A stretch of 64,000 nucleotides of DNA from an uncultured Candidatus Saccharibacteria bacterium (GCA_964355335.1 CAYHDB010000002.1:3192-67191); one strand, 5' to 3'; shown: positions 38,336-48,335, counted from the first letter of the stretch. Notes: generated by a model not told the origin, from the sequence alone. Numbers and translations are program-made.

Positions 38336-40576
38336 CTATCCGTGCGAGAGAGTTGTCATTGCGACACCATCGGATAAGTTTCTTTTTGCTTCTGGTCCAA
38401 ACGGTATATTTATAAAACTGAAACGACCATCCGGTTTTTCTTCCCGAAACAGTTTTGTATACAACTCACCTGCGTTGTTTACTGCGCTATTGCACATCGT
38501 TGGCGTAAGCATGACAAGTATTTTATTTTTGGCTGTACATAACGGATTTTTCACTCTGGTATTGAGATATGCGAACGGGTATTTGGCGTTACAACCAAAA
38601 AGTTCTGCGGCGATTTGCGTGACCTCCACGATACAGAATTTTCCTCCAGTTTTTGATTTGAAGGTGTTGAAAGTACACGTTTTTGTCTCTTGATTTTCGA
38701 GAACGTGGATTGCGAGATCAATCTTTCCTTCGGTGGCCGTGTATTCTATAAGACCCTTGAAGTAATCTTTGTTTTTATCTATGAAGTTTTTGAAGTTTGC
38801 TCGTGTGGTTGTTTCTCGGAAGTAGTATTCGTTTTTTTTGTATGCGAGTACGTCGTTGTGTGACAAACCCTTTTGTTTCAGTAAAACACTATATTGGCAG
38901 GGTAAATTTTCTGCTCCTTTGAATAGTGAAAGCAATTCTTGGCGGTATGTGTCCGCAGTTTTCACTTCTGTGTTTGATGGTGAGTTGCGCAACTCATTAA
39001 TACCTGTTGTGTCGTTTGCGACAATCATGAGTTTCGCCTTAATCCCCTCTTGTTTAAGATTTTTTACGATGTCGGTTGCCACATCAAGTGTGAACAAGGG
39101 AAAGTCGGTCATGCCGAACTCTTCAAGGAGCGGAGCGAGACGTTCTGGTAGAACTCCCCGGATGCTTGGGTAAAATTTATTTTCTAGTGCGTCGGGAATA
39201 CCGAGAAAGTGTCCGCCCATTACAACCACTTCCGTTTCGGTTTTATCTGCAATTTCTTTTCTGATACGTGAAAGAATTTTTTCCGTGTTGTTTACGAAGT
39301 TTGTTTCAGTCGTGTACATGCGTTTTTTATAGTACTCCATATGTTGGTGCTGTGTTGTGTCACTTTGTATGGCGATAAATGCCAGTATCTCTTTGAGGAG
39401 TAGATCAACGTCTTCCTCGGTGTTATATACACCAAGACTTACTCGGATAGTTTCGGTACCCAATGCTTCTGCAAGAGGAAAAGCGCAATGCGAACCGTAT
39501 CGCACGCATATTTTTCTTTTTGTCAGGTGTTTTGTGAGATTTTTGTTTTTTCCGTTAAGGAGAGCGAACGACACTACACCTATTTTTTTATTTGTTTCTG
39601 TGGAACCATAGATTGTGACGCCGCCACACTTTTTGAGTCCGTCCAGAAGTCGTTTCGTTAAGGTTGTTTCATGCTCCCGTATCGCATGCATGCCTCCGAT
39701 TGAATAAATAAACCCAATGGCCTTTGATAGGCCGACTGCGTTCGCTGTGTTCGGCGTTCCTCCTTCAAGTGTAGACAGAGTTGTTTTGTAATCCGGTGAA
39801 AGACCTTTGTTTTGAGTGCTCGAAGTAAGTGTAATGTTTTCTACACTTCCCCCACCTGCTCTCACCGGAGCAAGTAGGCGATGCATGTTCTTATTAACAT
39901 AGAGTACTCCTATACCATCAGGCCCATACATTTTGTGTCCGGAAAATGCATAAAAGTCAGCTTGAATTTTTTTAACATCAACTGGGATGTGTGCGACCGC
40001 TTGAGCTCCGTCTACGATAAAAATGATGTTAGCGTTGAACTTTTTGAGCATTTCGCTGATCTCTTCAATATCGTTGATTGATCCCAGTACGTTTGAACAA
40101 TGATTAAGTGCAACGATTTTTGTTTTTGGTGTGAGGTGTGTTTTTACATGAAAAGCTGTTACCATGCCATTTTTCTGAAGCGAAATTAGCTTTATTTTTG
40201 CGCCCCGTGCCAATCCTTTTGTAAGAGGTAAAAGATTCGAGTGGTGCTCAGTAACAGATGTAAGAATTTCATCTCCCTCCCGAATGCTTCCAAGTATTGA
40301 ATCCATGGCGATGTGGAGGGAGTCTGTAGTGTTTCTGGTGAAAACAATTTCTTCCGATTCGGCATTGATAAAGCGTGCAACTGAACCTTTGGCGTTTTGA
40401 AGAAGTTTTTCTGATCGTGTGGCAAGTGCGTGACCGCTTCGGCCAGGATTTCCACGATATTCAAGGCTTTGATTTACACCTTGAATAACTGTGGCCGGCA
40501 CCTGTGTCGTTGCTGCGGAATCAAAATAGATGTAGTTGTTGTTCCTGAAGAAGGGAAATTTTTCTCTGGTTTGCAT
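38336..40576 (-). CDS. SufS-like class V PLP cysteine desulfurase fused to an unknown ~340-aa C-terminal domain
   Basis: YFDSAATT, EHHSN, DGAQ, SGHKMYGP, RYGSHCA; the ORF continues well beyond the usual SufS end. Confidence 0.8.
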   Translation of the reverse strand: MQTREKFPFFRNNNYIYFDSAATTQVPATVIQGVNQSLEYRGNPGRSGHALATRSEKLLQNAKGSVARFINAESEEIVFTRNTTDSLHIAMDSILGSIREGDEILTSVTEHHSNLLPLTKGLARGAKIKLISLQKNGMVTAFHVKTHLTPKTKIVALNHCSNVLGSINDIEEISEMLKKFNANIIFIVDGAQAVAHIPVDVKKIQADFYAFSGHKMYGPDGIGVLYVNKNMHRLLAPVRAGGGSVENITLTSSTQNKGLSPDYKTTLSTLEGGTPNTANAVGLSKAIGFIYSIGGMHAIREHETTLTKRLLDGLKKCGGVTIYGSTETNKKIGVVSFALLNGKNKNLTKHLTKRKICVRYGSHCAFPLAEALGTETIRVSLGVYNTEEDVDLLLKEILAFIAIQSDTTQHQHMEYYKKRMYTTETNFVNNTEKILSRIRKEIADKTETEVVVMGGHFLGIPDALENKFYPSIRGVLPERLAPLLEEFGMTDFPLFTLDVATDIVKNLKQEGIKAKLMIVANDTTGINELRNSPSNTEVKTADTYRQELLSLFKGAENLPCQYSVLLKQKGLSHNDVLAYKKNEYYFRETTTRANFKNFIDKNKDYFKGLIEYTATEGKIDLAIHVLENQETKTCTFNTFKSKTGGKFCIVEVTQIAAELFGCNAKYPFAYLNTRVKNPLCTAKNKILVMLTPTMCNSAVNNAGELYTKLFREEKPDGRFSFINIPFGPEAKRNLSDGVAMTTLSHG

Positions 40577-40746
40577 AGTCGATAGACAAAGCTATCAGGC
40601 AACAATATACATCACATGTCAATTATTGTGTGAAGAATATATCAGTATCATAATAATATATGGCTAAAAATAAGCATAAATATGAATAGTGATATATTTT
40701 GTTCGTTCAGTTTGACAAAAATAACTGGTATTGCTATTCTTCGTGG

Positions 40747-41550
40747 ATGCAATTTAAGAATCCAGACCTGCTCCAAAAGCTCGAAAAATCCGGCTTTACT
40801 ATCAAAGAGTCGAAAGTGTACCTCGCCGTGCTGGAACTTGGCGGCGCTTTCCCCTCTCGGATCGCCGAATATGCTGGAATTAACCGGAGTACTACTTACG
40901 CAACACTTCTGAATCTTTCTGTGCGTGGATTGGTGAATGAAATCCAGAAACGTAACAAAATTTTCTATCAAGTAGAAAAACCGGCGAAGCTTATCGCTCA
41001 TGCGAAGGCCCAAGTGTCGCTTGCAGAGAACCGTCTTGAGAAGGCGCAGACGCTTGTCCCCGACATTGAAGGGTTGTATGCCGCTTTGACGAATCAACCG
41101 AGGGTCCGCTATTTCGAAGGAACGGATGGAATGATAGAAATTTACAAAGACATGCTGGAAGTGGAGAAAAAATATGAGATGATCGCGTTCTCGAACTCCG
41201 CACAACTTGAGAAGGTTTTTCCCGAGAAGTTTTTTGAACTTTTTAGGCGCACGAAAGAAAAAATTGGTATCACTACGCGTGGCATTATCCCCGATACGGA
41301 TGCTGATCGATCCTACAATAAAAAATTTTTCTCCGGATACAAACCGGAAATCGTCCCGAAGTTTCGCTATATACCGGCGAACGAGTTTCCGTTTAAAGGA
41401 GAAATTACTATCTATGCCGAAAACAAAGTCGCGATTGTGAATTTAAACAAAGAAAATCTCACCGGTATTATTATCGAAGACGAAACCATTCACAGAATGA
41501 TGCGCCTTATTTTCGAGCTTTCTTGGGATTCAAACCACGTTAAGGTTTAA
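40747..41550 (+). CDS. TrmB-family HTH transcriptional regulator (1)
   Basis: GFTIKESKVYLAVLELG...AGINRSTTY..L..L...GLV, VRYFEG; TTGACA-17-TATTCT promoter then ATG at 40747. Confidence 0.88.
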   Translation: MQFKNPDLLQKLEKSGFTIKESKVYLAVLELGGAFPSRIAEYAGINRSTTYATLLNLSVRGLVNEIQKRNKIFYQVEKPAKLIAHAKAQVSLAENRLEKAQTLVPDIEGLYAALTNQPRVRYFEGTDGMIEIYKDMLEVEKKYEMIAFSNSAQLEKVFPEKFFELFRRTKEKIGITTRGIIPDTDADRSYNKKFFSGYKPEIVPKFRYIPANEFPFKGEITIYAENKVAIVNLNKENLTGIIIEDETIHRMMRLIFELSWDSNHVKV

Positions 41551-41827
41551 CCTTATTGACGCTCTGGATTATAGAAAAACCATGAAGTAGTGCTAGACCC
41601 TCACCGGCTCCGGCAGGGTGTGCCAAATTAGGTTAAACATGGCACCTTGGATATCGGCAACTTCATTGCTTTTGACTGTCAGTGCGATTTGGAGCGATGT
41701 TGATGAAGCGGTTTTTGATAACAAAAAACTCGGAAAAGCCGTTCTATTGTCTAGAACAGTTCGGCGTGTGCATAGTGGTGTATGACGCTTTTGACAATCA
41801 ACCGCAGAACTCAGAAATACTAAAGGT

Positions 41828-42592
41828 ATGAATAACGAGAAAATGTTAAACGAACTCCGAACATTACTTGGCCGAAGTGTTCCGTTTGAAATCTGGAATC
41901 AAAGTACGAACGAAGTCATTGTTCCGGTCAACTATCCAATTACGGAAGAAATGCTCCCCAAGATGGCCGAGCAAGTTGAATTACTGGCATACAGCGGTAT
42001 CGATGGTGTCGTGACGCCAATGATTGCGAGATATGCGCTTCCAAGCACGAAAATTCTTCTTGGAAACCTAAAGCGTGATCCGAATATGATGAGAAATTGG
42101 ATCATCAACCGATATCGATCGGCCGGCGATATACCAACAGATCTTGGTAATGAGGAGTGGGAAATCAAATGGTGGCATGAAGAAGCGTCTAAGTTGTGCC
42201 TGATCGATCCGTTGGAAGTAATACTTGTTTCTCGAGAGGAAATGAAATACTGTCACAACATGCCTTTGGACGCTCTAGCGCTTTGTTTCTTTCTCAAGAA
42301 CCCTCACCTCATACCGAAGTATTGGGAAGATACACGCATAGTTTTATTTGACGGTACGATATTCTCTGCAGGTTGTAGCAGGAAGCGTAAGTTAAGAGAG
42401 CTCATGGAAGCCCTTGCGCCTAAGGACATGCACGAAAGTATTGCACACGTTGCCGGCATCGAGGATACCGAAAAACCAACCCTTTTCACGCTGGCACTGA
42501 TGTTTAAGGCGAAACAGTGGTACTGGTGTTGCTTTGATCCGTATCACTACGAGTTGAAACAGTTTAAAGTGGCAACGTTGAAAATCACCTGA
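41828..42592 (+). CDS. Hypothetical protein
   Basis: 254-aa ORF with AAGG RBS-like sequence. Confidence 0.6.
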   Translation: MNNEKMLNELRTLLGRSVPFEIWNQSTNEVIVPVNYPITEEMLPKMAEQVELLAYSGIDGVVTPMIARYALPSTKILLGNLKRDPNMMRNWIINRYRSAGDIPTDLGNEEWEIKWWHEEASKLCLIDPLEVILVSREEMKYCHNMPLDALALCFFLKNPHLIPKYWEDTRIVLFDGTIFSAGCSRKRKLRELMEALAPKDMHESIAHVAGIEDTEKPTLFTLALMFKAKQWYWCCFDPYHYELKQFKVATLKIT

Positions 42593-42690
42593 TTCGAGAG
42601 GGCTATGGGGAATCCCGTATACAAAAGGGGTCTAGCATACTCCCCTTTTTGAAGTTCTAGAGCTAAATCATTGATAGAAAATACTTCAAT

Positions 42691-42987
42691 ATGAACACTA
42701 GGATGTTTCAGGGAACATACGTGAAGGTTCGTGGCGGACAATTTGTTGTCGCTCGACCATCGGAGAAGCCAGGTTTTTGGGTTTTGGAAATGAAAAGAAA
42801 ACGCAGAGGCCAAGCAGAACGCGTTGTGTCTGTTGTGGAACTTTCGGAGCAAGAAATTCTCACTTTGCGTGCAGAAGAATGCGCTGACGAAGCGATTCGC
42901 GAGTTTGCAACAAGAGAGTCGCCCCAGAAAGATCGAGCACGGCTAAAGTATCTCTTAGTTCGAACAGAATCAAAAGAAGAGGATTAA
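42691..42987 (+). CDS. Hypothetical protein
   Basis: 98-aa ORF followed by the terminator ACCGGCAATC/GATTGCCGGT-T-tract. Confidence 0.5.
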   Translation: MNTRMFQGTYVKVRGGQFVVARPSEKPGFWVLEMKRKRRGQAERVVSVVELSEQEILTLRAEECADEAIREFATRESPQKDRARLKYLLVRTESKEED

Positions 42988-43044
42988 ATACCGGCAATCA
43001 AAACGATTGCCGGTTTTCTTTTTTCAAGTTTCGTTTATCGACTA

Positions 43045-43193
43045 CCCCAGCACCAATTTTGCTTTTTCAAGATAATTTCTTTACTGAGTGTGTTATTCGT
43101 TTTAAATAGTAGGTCAATGCGCTTCGCCGACTAGGTAAGTGCTATTCGCACACGCACATTAGGCCTTAAACTATAAGCAAAATTGATGCGGGG
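43045..43193. repeat. Long-range inverted repeat (REP/MITE-like)
   Basis: CCCCAGCACCAATTTTGCTT ... AAGCAAAATTGATGCGGGG. Confidence 0.5.
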
Positions 43194-43574
43194 TCCGCGA
43201 AAATCACAGTCGTGTCCTTTAGGCACTCCTTGATTTTCGGGAGTTATCCACAGTTTGTCTTTTACTTGTCCTTTACAGGTGATATACTGTTTGCAGGTCA
43301 GTAGCGGATGTGCCGCTCTGACAAATAGGTCTTTGATAGTCAAAACTCTTGACTCTGAGATTCTAGAAAGTTTCTACTTTCGTTAAAAAATATTTTCTCA
43401 CACATCTTTAAAATTCGGAAAATATATTTTTTTAACCCGAGAAAGCGACAAGACAGAATCTCCTATTTAAACCGCCACAAGCAAAAGTATTGCATTAGAG
43501 CATGTCCCAGTGTTTATCCACCGATGAACCTTGAAACATGCTCTAAACATTACAACCGCCTGTAGGCGGTTTCT

Positions 43575-43703
43575 CTTATAATCGAAAATTTCGGCACATT
43601 TCTTTGTTGCTTCGCCCATTTGCTCCCGCGGAGTACTGTTCGTACACCTTGGTCGCAAGCCGAGCTCGCGCCTCGAACTGTGCACGTAATTTTCAATTAT
43701 AAG
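43575..43703. repeat. ~110-160 bp palindromic element, family 'CAGTTCGAGGCGCGA' (copy 1)
   Basis: Shares CATTTCTT.GTTGCTTC, CTCCCGCG, CTTGGTCGC and TCGCGCCTCGAACTG with 44811-44920 and, inverted, with 56800-56958. Confidence 0.8.
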
Positions 43704-43718
43704 CCCCGTATTTGCTAG

Positions 43719-45329
43719 TTATTCCACGTGATACTTCCCTCTTATCTCTTTTATATTTTCCTCCTCAAGCTTGTCTTTTTTGTCTTTACCCTTATCTGCC
43801 AACGTTTTAAGCTCTTTTTCAGATAATTGTGAAAGTTCCGTTGCACGTTTCACCAGAAACATCTCCTCATTAAGCTCAGGTTTTTCAAGTACTTCTTCCA
43901 TCAAAGCATTTAAAATATGGCCAACCTTCGGTCCCGGTGTTACATGTGTAACCTCCATTATCTTATTTCCATCAATCTTGAGCATTCCGACAGACACCGG
44001 ATCTCTCATGACTTCCTCAAGCATTGCCTTATACTTTCTGAGTCTATAAGGGTTTTCCTTCGGTCTCCCGGTACCGATACGGTCACAAATACGAAGATTC
44101 ATCAGATCCCATACGTTGTCGTGGCCCACCTTAGCCAGTAAACGCCTGACGGCTGAAGGGGTAATTTGTTCGGTATCTGAGAAAAACATATGCCAACGTA
44201 CCATTTTCGATACTTTTTCTATTGTTTTCACGGGAAACCTCATCCTTTCTAGGATTTTCTTGGTTACCCGAGATCCTACAACCTCGTGGCCGTAAAATGT
44301 ATATTGTTTTGTTTCAGGTGAAACTCTCCGTGTTTCTGGCTTGGAAACATCATGAAAAAGAGCAGAAAGCCTTATTTCTAGAGACCATTTCTTGTCAGCG
44401 GCGTGTTGGAGCGACCTTAGGAGGTGTTCCCATACCTCAAAGGCATGAGCTTGATTTTGTTTTATACCTATTCCGGCCTCTAGCTCTGGCGCGATGTATT
44501 TCAAGATACCCAACTTTTGGCTAAGAATAATGCCAATCATAGGGTTGTCGGACATAAGAATCCTTATGAACTCGTCGCGAATTCTCTCCTGAGCAATACC
44601 CTTAAGTAAATCAGCGTATTTCTGTATTGCAACAGCAGTTTCGGATTCTATGGTGAAACTCAGCTCAGTGGAAATTCTAACGGCACGGAGCATTCTAAGG
44701 GCATCCTCGGCGAATCTATCATGAGGATCACCGACAGTGCGGAGTACTTTCTTGGAAATATCCTCTTGTCCTTTATAGAGGTCGGTCAGCTGTCCTTTAT
44801 AATATAACGCGCCGGTTTGGCGCATTTCTTTGTTGCTTCCTCCTCCCTCTCCCGCGCTGTAGGATACTACCGCTTGGTCGCGTTGCTCGGTCGCGCCTCG
44901 AACTGCATCCAAACCGACGTGTTCTATATCCAAAGCAATCGCATTCACAGTAAAATCCCGTCTTTGCAAGTCGTCCTCGAGTTTCTTGCTCCAAGATACA
45001 CTATCCGGCCTCCTTTTGTCGGAATAGTCCGATTCAAGCCGATAAGGAGTCACCTCCACAATCTTCAATGTCTCATCCGACGCTGTTTCGTTGACTACCC
45101 CCACTGTACCGTACTTGTTTTCGTAAAAAGTCTTTGGAAATAAGCCTATAATCTCCTCGGGAGTAGCATTCGTGGTGAAATCCCAGTCTTTCGGCTTTCT
45201 TTTTAGGAGTATGTCGCGGACACAGCCACCTATCAAATAAGCCTCAAATCCAGCCTTTTTTAAGGTTTCTGAGACTTTGGTGACTTCATCAGGTAAGTCA
45301 AAAGTAGTTTTGCCCTTTGTGATTGCCAT
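43719..45329 (-). CDS. CCA-adding enzyme / poly(A) polymerase family with HD domain
   Basis: GGCVRD, DWDFTT, RRDFTVNA, EDALRMLRA, ERIRDE, FHDVSKP. Confidence 0.92.
   Translation of the reverse strand: MAITKGKTTFDLPDEVTKVSETLKKAGFEAYLIGGCVRDILLKRKPKDWDFTTNATPEEIIGLFPKTFYENKYGTVGVVNETASDETLKIVEVTPYRLESDYSDKRRPDSVSWSKKLEDDLQRRDFTVNAIALDIEHVGLDAVRGATEQRDQAVVSYSAGEGGGSNKEMRQTGALYYKGQLTDLYKGQEDISKKVLRTVGDPHDRFAEDALRMLRAVRISTELSFTIESETAVAIQKYADLLKGIAQERIRDEFIRILMSDNPMIGIILSQKLGILKYIAPELEAGIGIKQNQAHAFEVWEHLLRSLQHAADKKWSLEIRLSALFHDVSKPETRRVSPETKQYTFYGHEVVGSRVTKKILERMRFPVKTIEKVSKMVRWHMFFSDTEQITPSAVRRLLAKVGHDNVWDLMNLRICDRIGTGRPKENPYRLRKYKAMLEEVMRDPVSVGMLKIDGNKIMEVTHVTPGPKVGHILNALMEEVLEKPELNEEMFLVKRATELSQLSEKELKTLADKGKDKKDKLEEENIKEIRGKYHVE
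44811..44920. repeat. Same palindromic element inserted in-frame in the CCA enzyme gene
   Basis: Terminal IR CGGTTTGG/CCAAACCG; encodes VGLDAVRGATEQRDQAVVSYSAGEGGGSNKEMRQTG. Confidence 0.8.
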
Positions 45330-45388
45330 TTCAAATATTTTATTACAACTTTCAGTTTTTCCCTAATTAGCGTATCATTGTGACAATT

Positions 45389-45460
45389 GCGCCCATGGTG
45401 AAACGGATATCATAAATGCCTTCGAAGCATTCGTTGTAGGTTCGAGTCCTACTGGGCGCA
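45389..45460 (+). tRNA. tRNA-Arg(TCG)
   Basis: Acceptor GCGCCCA/TGGGCGC; anticodon arm AATGC-CTTCGAA-GCATT; GGTTCGAGTCC; no encoded CCA. Confidence 0.92.
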
Positions 45461-45565
45461 CACATAGCAAAAAACCTCCACTGCTGGAGGTTTTTTGCTA
45501 TGTGTGCGAGCCGGAGGTGTGGTCAATTTTTCCAAAACCGAACCCGTGTGATATACTTCTATGAC

Positions 45566-46249
45566 ATGCGAAAAGATAAGGAAAAAGCTCAAGTTTTGCG
45601 AAAGATCGGTAAAAGTTATAATGAAATAAAAGAGGAACTTGGTGTTCCGAAAGCTACTCTTTCCGATTGGTTCAGAGGACAAGCTTGGTCGAAAGAACTT
45701 TCAATAAAGCTCGTTGAGAAAGCAAGTGGCGCACACACAGTTCGAATTCAGGAACTGAATAGAATTCGCGGTGAAAACCTAAAAAAACTATACCTGGAGG
45801 CAGAAAATGAGGCGGTAGCAGAGTTTGAATTGCTTAAATATCACCCCCTGTTTATAGCCGGCTTAATGATTTACTGGGGCGAGGGCAACAAAGTATCGAA
45901 AAATCGTTGCTCGATTGCTAATACGGAACCTTTAATGATAAAGTTGTTCTTGTTATTTCTGAAAAATATTTGCAGGTTCAAGGGTTCCAAAATCAAGGCT
46001 TGGATTCTGATTTATCCGGATCTCGATGAAAAATTGTGTAAAAGTTTTTGGGTGGGAAAAACAGGTTTATCATATGAAAATTTTACAAAAAGTATGCTTA
46101 TTCAGGGTAAGCATAAAACAAACCGATTGTCATTCGGTGTTTGCAGTGTTGGGGTTTCTAGTGCATACTTAAAGCGAAAGATTTTGAAATGGATTGAATT
46201 ACTTGCTTTGGATTTGGTTAAAGAAAATTACATTGCGGGCATGGTTTAG
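45566..46249 (+). CDS. HTH + LAGLIDADG-like domain protein between tRNAs
   Basis: GKSYNEI...LGVPKATLSDW HTH; LFIAGLMIYWGEG helix; SIANTEP. Confidence 0.65.
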   Translation: MRKDKEKAQVLRKIGKSYNEIKEELGVPKATLSDWFRGQAWSKELSIKLVEKASGAHTVRIQELNRIRGENLKKLYLEAENEAVAEFELLKYHPLFIAGLMIYWGEGNKVSKNRCSIANTEPLMIKLFLLFLKNICRFKGSKIKAWILIYPDLDEKLCKSFWVGKTGLSYENFTKSMLIQGKHKTNRLSFGVCSVGVSSAYLKRKILKWIELLALDLVKENYIAGMV

Positions 46250-46305
46250 CGGTATAACGTTACCTTGCCAAGGTAAAAATCCGGGTTCGACTCCCGGTGC
46301 CCGCA
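46235..46305 (+). tRNA. tRNA-Gly(GCC)
   Basis: GCGGGCA/TGCCCGC; TTACC-TTGCCAA-GGTAA; GGTTCGACTCC. Confidence 0.93.
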
Positions 46306-46440
46306 CCGAAGTGAATACGAGGAAGGAGCAAGCCCCGATGGTTATCGGGGCGCCCGGGAGACGAAGCCCGATTGAGCCGAGCGTCTGAGCGAGCCAATCG
46401 GGGTACTGAAGCTGTAAGCTTCGATTCCCGGTGCCCGCAC
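46306..46440 (+). ncRNA. tRNA-appended structured element (copy 1)
   Basis: GAAGCCCGATTG...CAATCGGGGTACTGAAGCTGTAAGCTTC, then a tRNA 3'-end copy at 46420-46440. Confidence 0.65.
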
Positions 46441-46718
46441 AGCGAGAAATATACAGGTCTAGCTTACCTAATTTGAAAAAAAGGAGATTCAGTTGACGAA
46501 GATATATCGAAAAGACATTTATCCTCTGTCAAATCAGGTCTCAGACAGACCCTTATTACTAGGCGTTTTGATCAAAACTGGGGATAACTATGTGGATGTG
46601 TGTATAAAAGACAGGACCAATTTGTCCGTTTATTTGTCTCTGTTTGTGTGAAAACGGCTCTAAATAAGCATTTTTTGTAAAAGACGGGCAAATATCGCTA
46701 ACACGAGATGGGTTTCAC

Positions 46719-47150
46719 GTGAAAGCACCATATATGTTTCCCAAGAAACAAAAGAGAACGAAAAAACAAGTTGTGGGATTATTAGGTGAGGATATTTCGG
46801 CTAGATTCCTTGAAGAAAAGGGATATTCCGTTGTTTGTAGGAACTATAGGAAGAAGTACGGAGAAATAGATATTATCGCGAGAAGAAAGGACAAAATATA
46901 TTTTATCGAGGTGAAGACAGTATCTAGAGATAACCTTGCGGACAAAGTGTCCGATTCTGCGGATTTGGCAAGACCTGAGGATAATGTCCACCCAGACAAG
47001 CTGAAACGTCTGTCTCGGACAATCCAGGCTTATTTGGCTGAGAATTCGATGGGGGAAGAGGATGAGTGGCAATTTGACGTTATCACTGTTCTGCTCGACG
47101 TGAAGAATAAAATTGCGAGAGTTAAAAGATTGGAGGATATAATTTTGTGA
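46719..47150 (+). CDS. YraN family endonuclease-like protein
   Basis: GLLGED...FL..KGY....RNY....GEIDII...FIEVKT...FDVI. Confidence 0.9.
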   Translation: MKAPYMFPKKQKRTKKQVVGLLGEDISARFLEEKGYSVVCRNYRKKYGEIDIIARRKDKIYFIEVKTVSRDNLADKVSDSADLARPEDNVHPDKLKRLSRTIQAYLAENSMGEEDEWQFDVITVLLDVKNKIARVKRLEDIIL

Positions 47151-47200
47151 TTTTTGGCTGTTTCAAATATCTGTGATAAGCTTTGTTTTCTGAAGTAAAT

Positions 47201-47271
47201 CGGGGCGTAGTATAGTGGTAGTATATACGCTTTGGGAGCGTACGGTCCGAGTTCGATTCTCGGCGCCCCGA
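47201..47271 (+). tRNA. tRNA-Pro(TGG)
   Basis: CGGGGCG/CGCCCCG; TACGC-TTTGGGA-GCGTA; GTTCGATTC. Confidence 0.93.
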
Positions 47272-47530
47272 CAATAGCGAGCGAAGCGGCGATTGTCGGG
47301 GCGAGGAAGCGCTGGGGCGCTTCCGTCCGAGAATCGAAGCCTCGTTGAGCATACTTTTGAGCTTCTGAGCGACAAAAGTATCCAACGAGGGTACTGAAAC
47401 TGTAAGTTTCGATTCTCGGCGCAGTTTTTTGTGACGACATAAGTATATTCGCGGGCGATTCTTGGCCAGAAAAACCAATCGGGGTACCTGCCTACCGGCA
47501 GGCAGGCTGCTCCTGTAAGGAGAGATTCTC
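47272..47530 (+). ncRNA. tRNA-appended structured element (copy 2)
   Basis: Antisense tRNA end, core module, sense T-arm copy, linker, second partial core. Confidence 0.65.
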
Positions 47531-47584
47531 GTCGTCCCTACACGCAGGAAGCACTTGATATGTAAAAAGATAAAATCTTTTCGA

Positions 47585-48331
47585 TTAGACGGCAAGCGTG
47601 TTCCAAATAATATCGAATTCTTCTTTCTGCATCTGCACGATACTTTTGTTCTCGATCATGACCGTTATAATCGGCGCAATGATTTGCGTAATAATGACTC
47701 GGTACGGTGTAATGACAAGATTCGCCGTAAGTTTTGTTTGTTCAGGCAAGAATTTGATAGTCTGATTCGTGTTCAGTTCTATTTTCTTGTAATATCGTGC
47801 ACTGTCTGAATGCTGAAGAATGGTGCGGACGTTCAAGTTGTATTTTACGCGTCGTTCTATGAACTTAGCGAAGTATTCACGGTCTATATTCAAGAATTGC
47901 TCCATATCGGAGAGAATCATGTAGTCATCCCCGGGCTTCAGGTCGTCGAGAATTGTGTCGTAAACGGATTTCACACCGGCGACACCCTCGTAATATTTTA
48001 TAAAACTTCCACCAGGCTGCACGTTTTGCAAACTTTTGAGCTCGGGCAAGACATTATTAAATTTTTCACGTTTCAATTCCAAAATCTTCTCAAGCTTATC
48101 GGGACTTTCTGCAGAGTAGAATTGTTTGAGTCTTTTGATTTCTGTTACCATCAAACCTTTTGCTTTCAAACTCTCAAGTAGGGAATAAACAGTTGTTCGT
48201 TTTATCTGCGACTCTCGAGCGATTTTCAGCACGGTCGTTGAGCCCAAGGATAGGGTGGCAAGATACACTCGTGCTTCATTTTCGGTCAAGCCGATATCTT
48301 TCAGTATTTCAATAAAATCTAACTTTTGCAT
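47585..48331 (-). CDS. TrmB-family regulator (2)
   Basis: GLTENEARVYLATLSLG...IKRTTVY..L..L..KGL, IKYYEG. Confidence 0.88.
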   Translation of the reverse strand: MQKLDFIEILKDIGLTENEARVYLATLSLGSTTVLKIARESQIKRTTVYSLLESLKAKGLMVTEIKRLKQFYSAESPDKLEKILELKREKFNNVLPELKSLQNVQPGGSFIKYYEGVAGVKSVYDTILDDLKPGDDYMILSDMEQFLNIDREYFAKFIERRVKYNLNVRTILQHSDSARYYKKIELNTNQTIKFLPEQTKLTANLVITPYRVIITQIIAPIITVMIENKSIVQMQKEEFDIIWNTLAV

Positions 48332-48335
48332 AAAA

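Noticed and set aside
47030-47595. ORFs antisense to tRNA-Pro and its element (also 53699-54203 at tRNA-Gly)
   Set aside because: Spurious translations of tRNA and repeat sequence; their shared peptides only reflect the repeat
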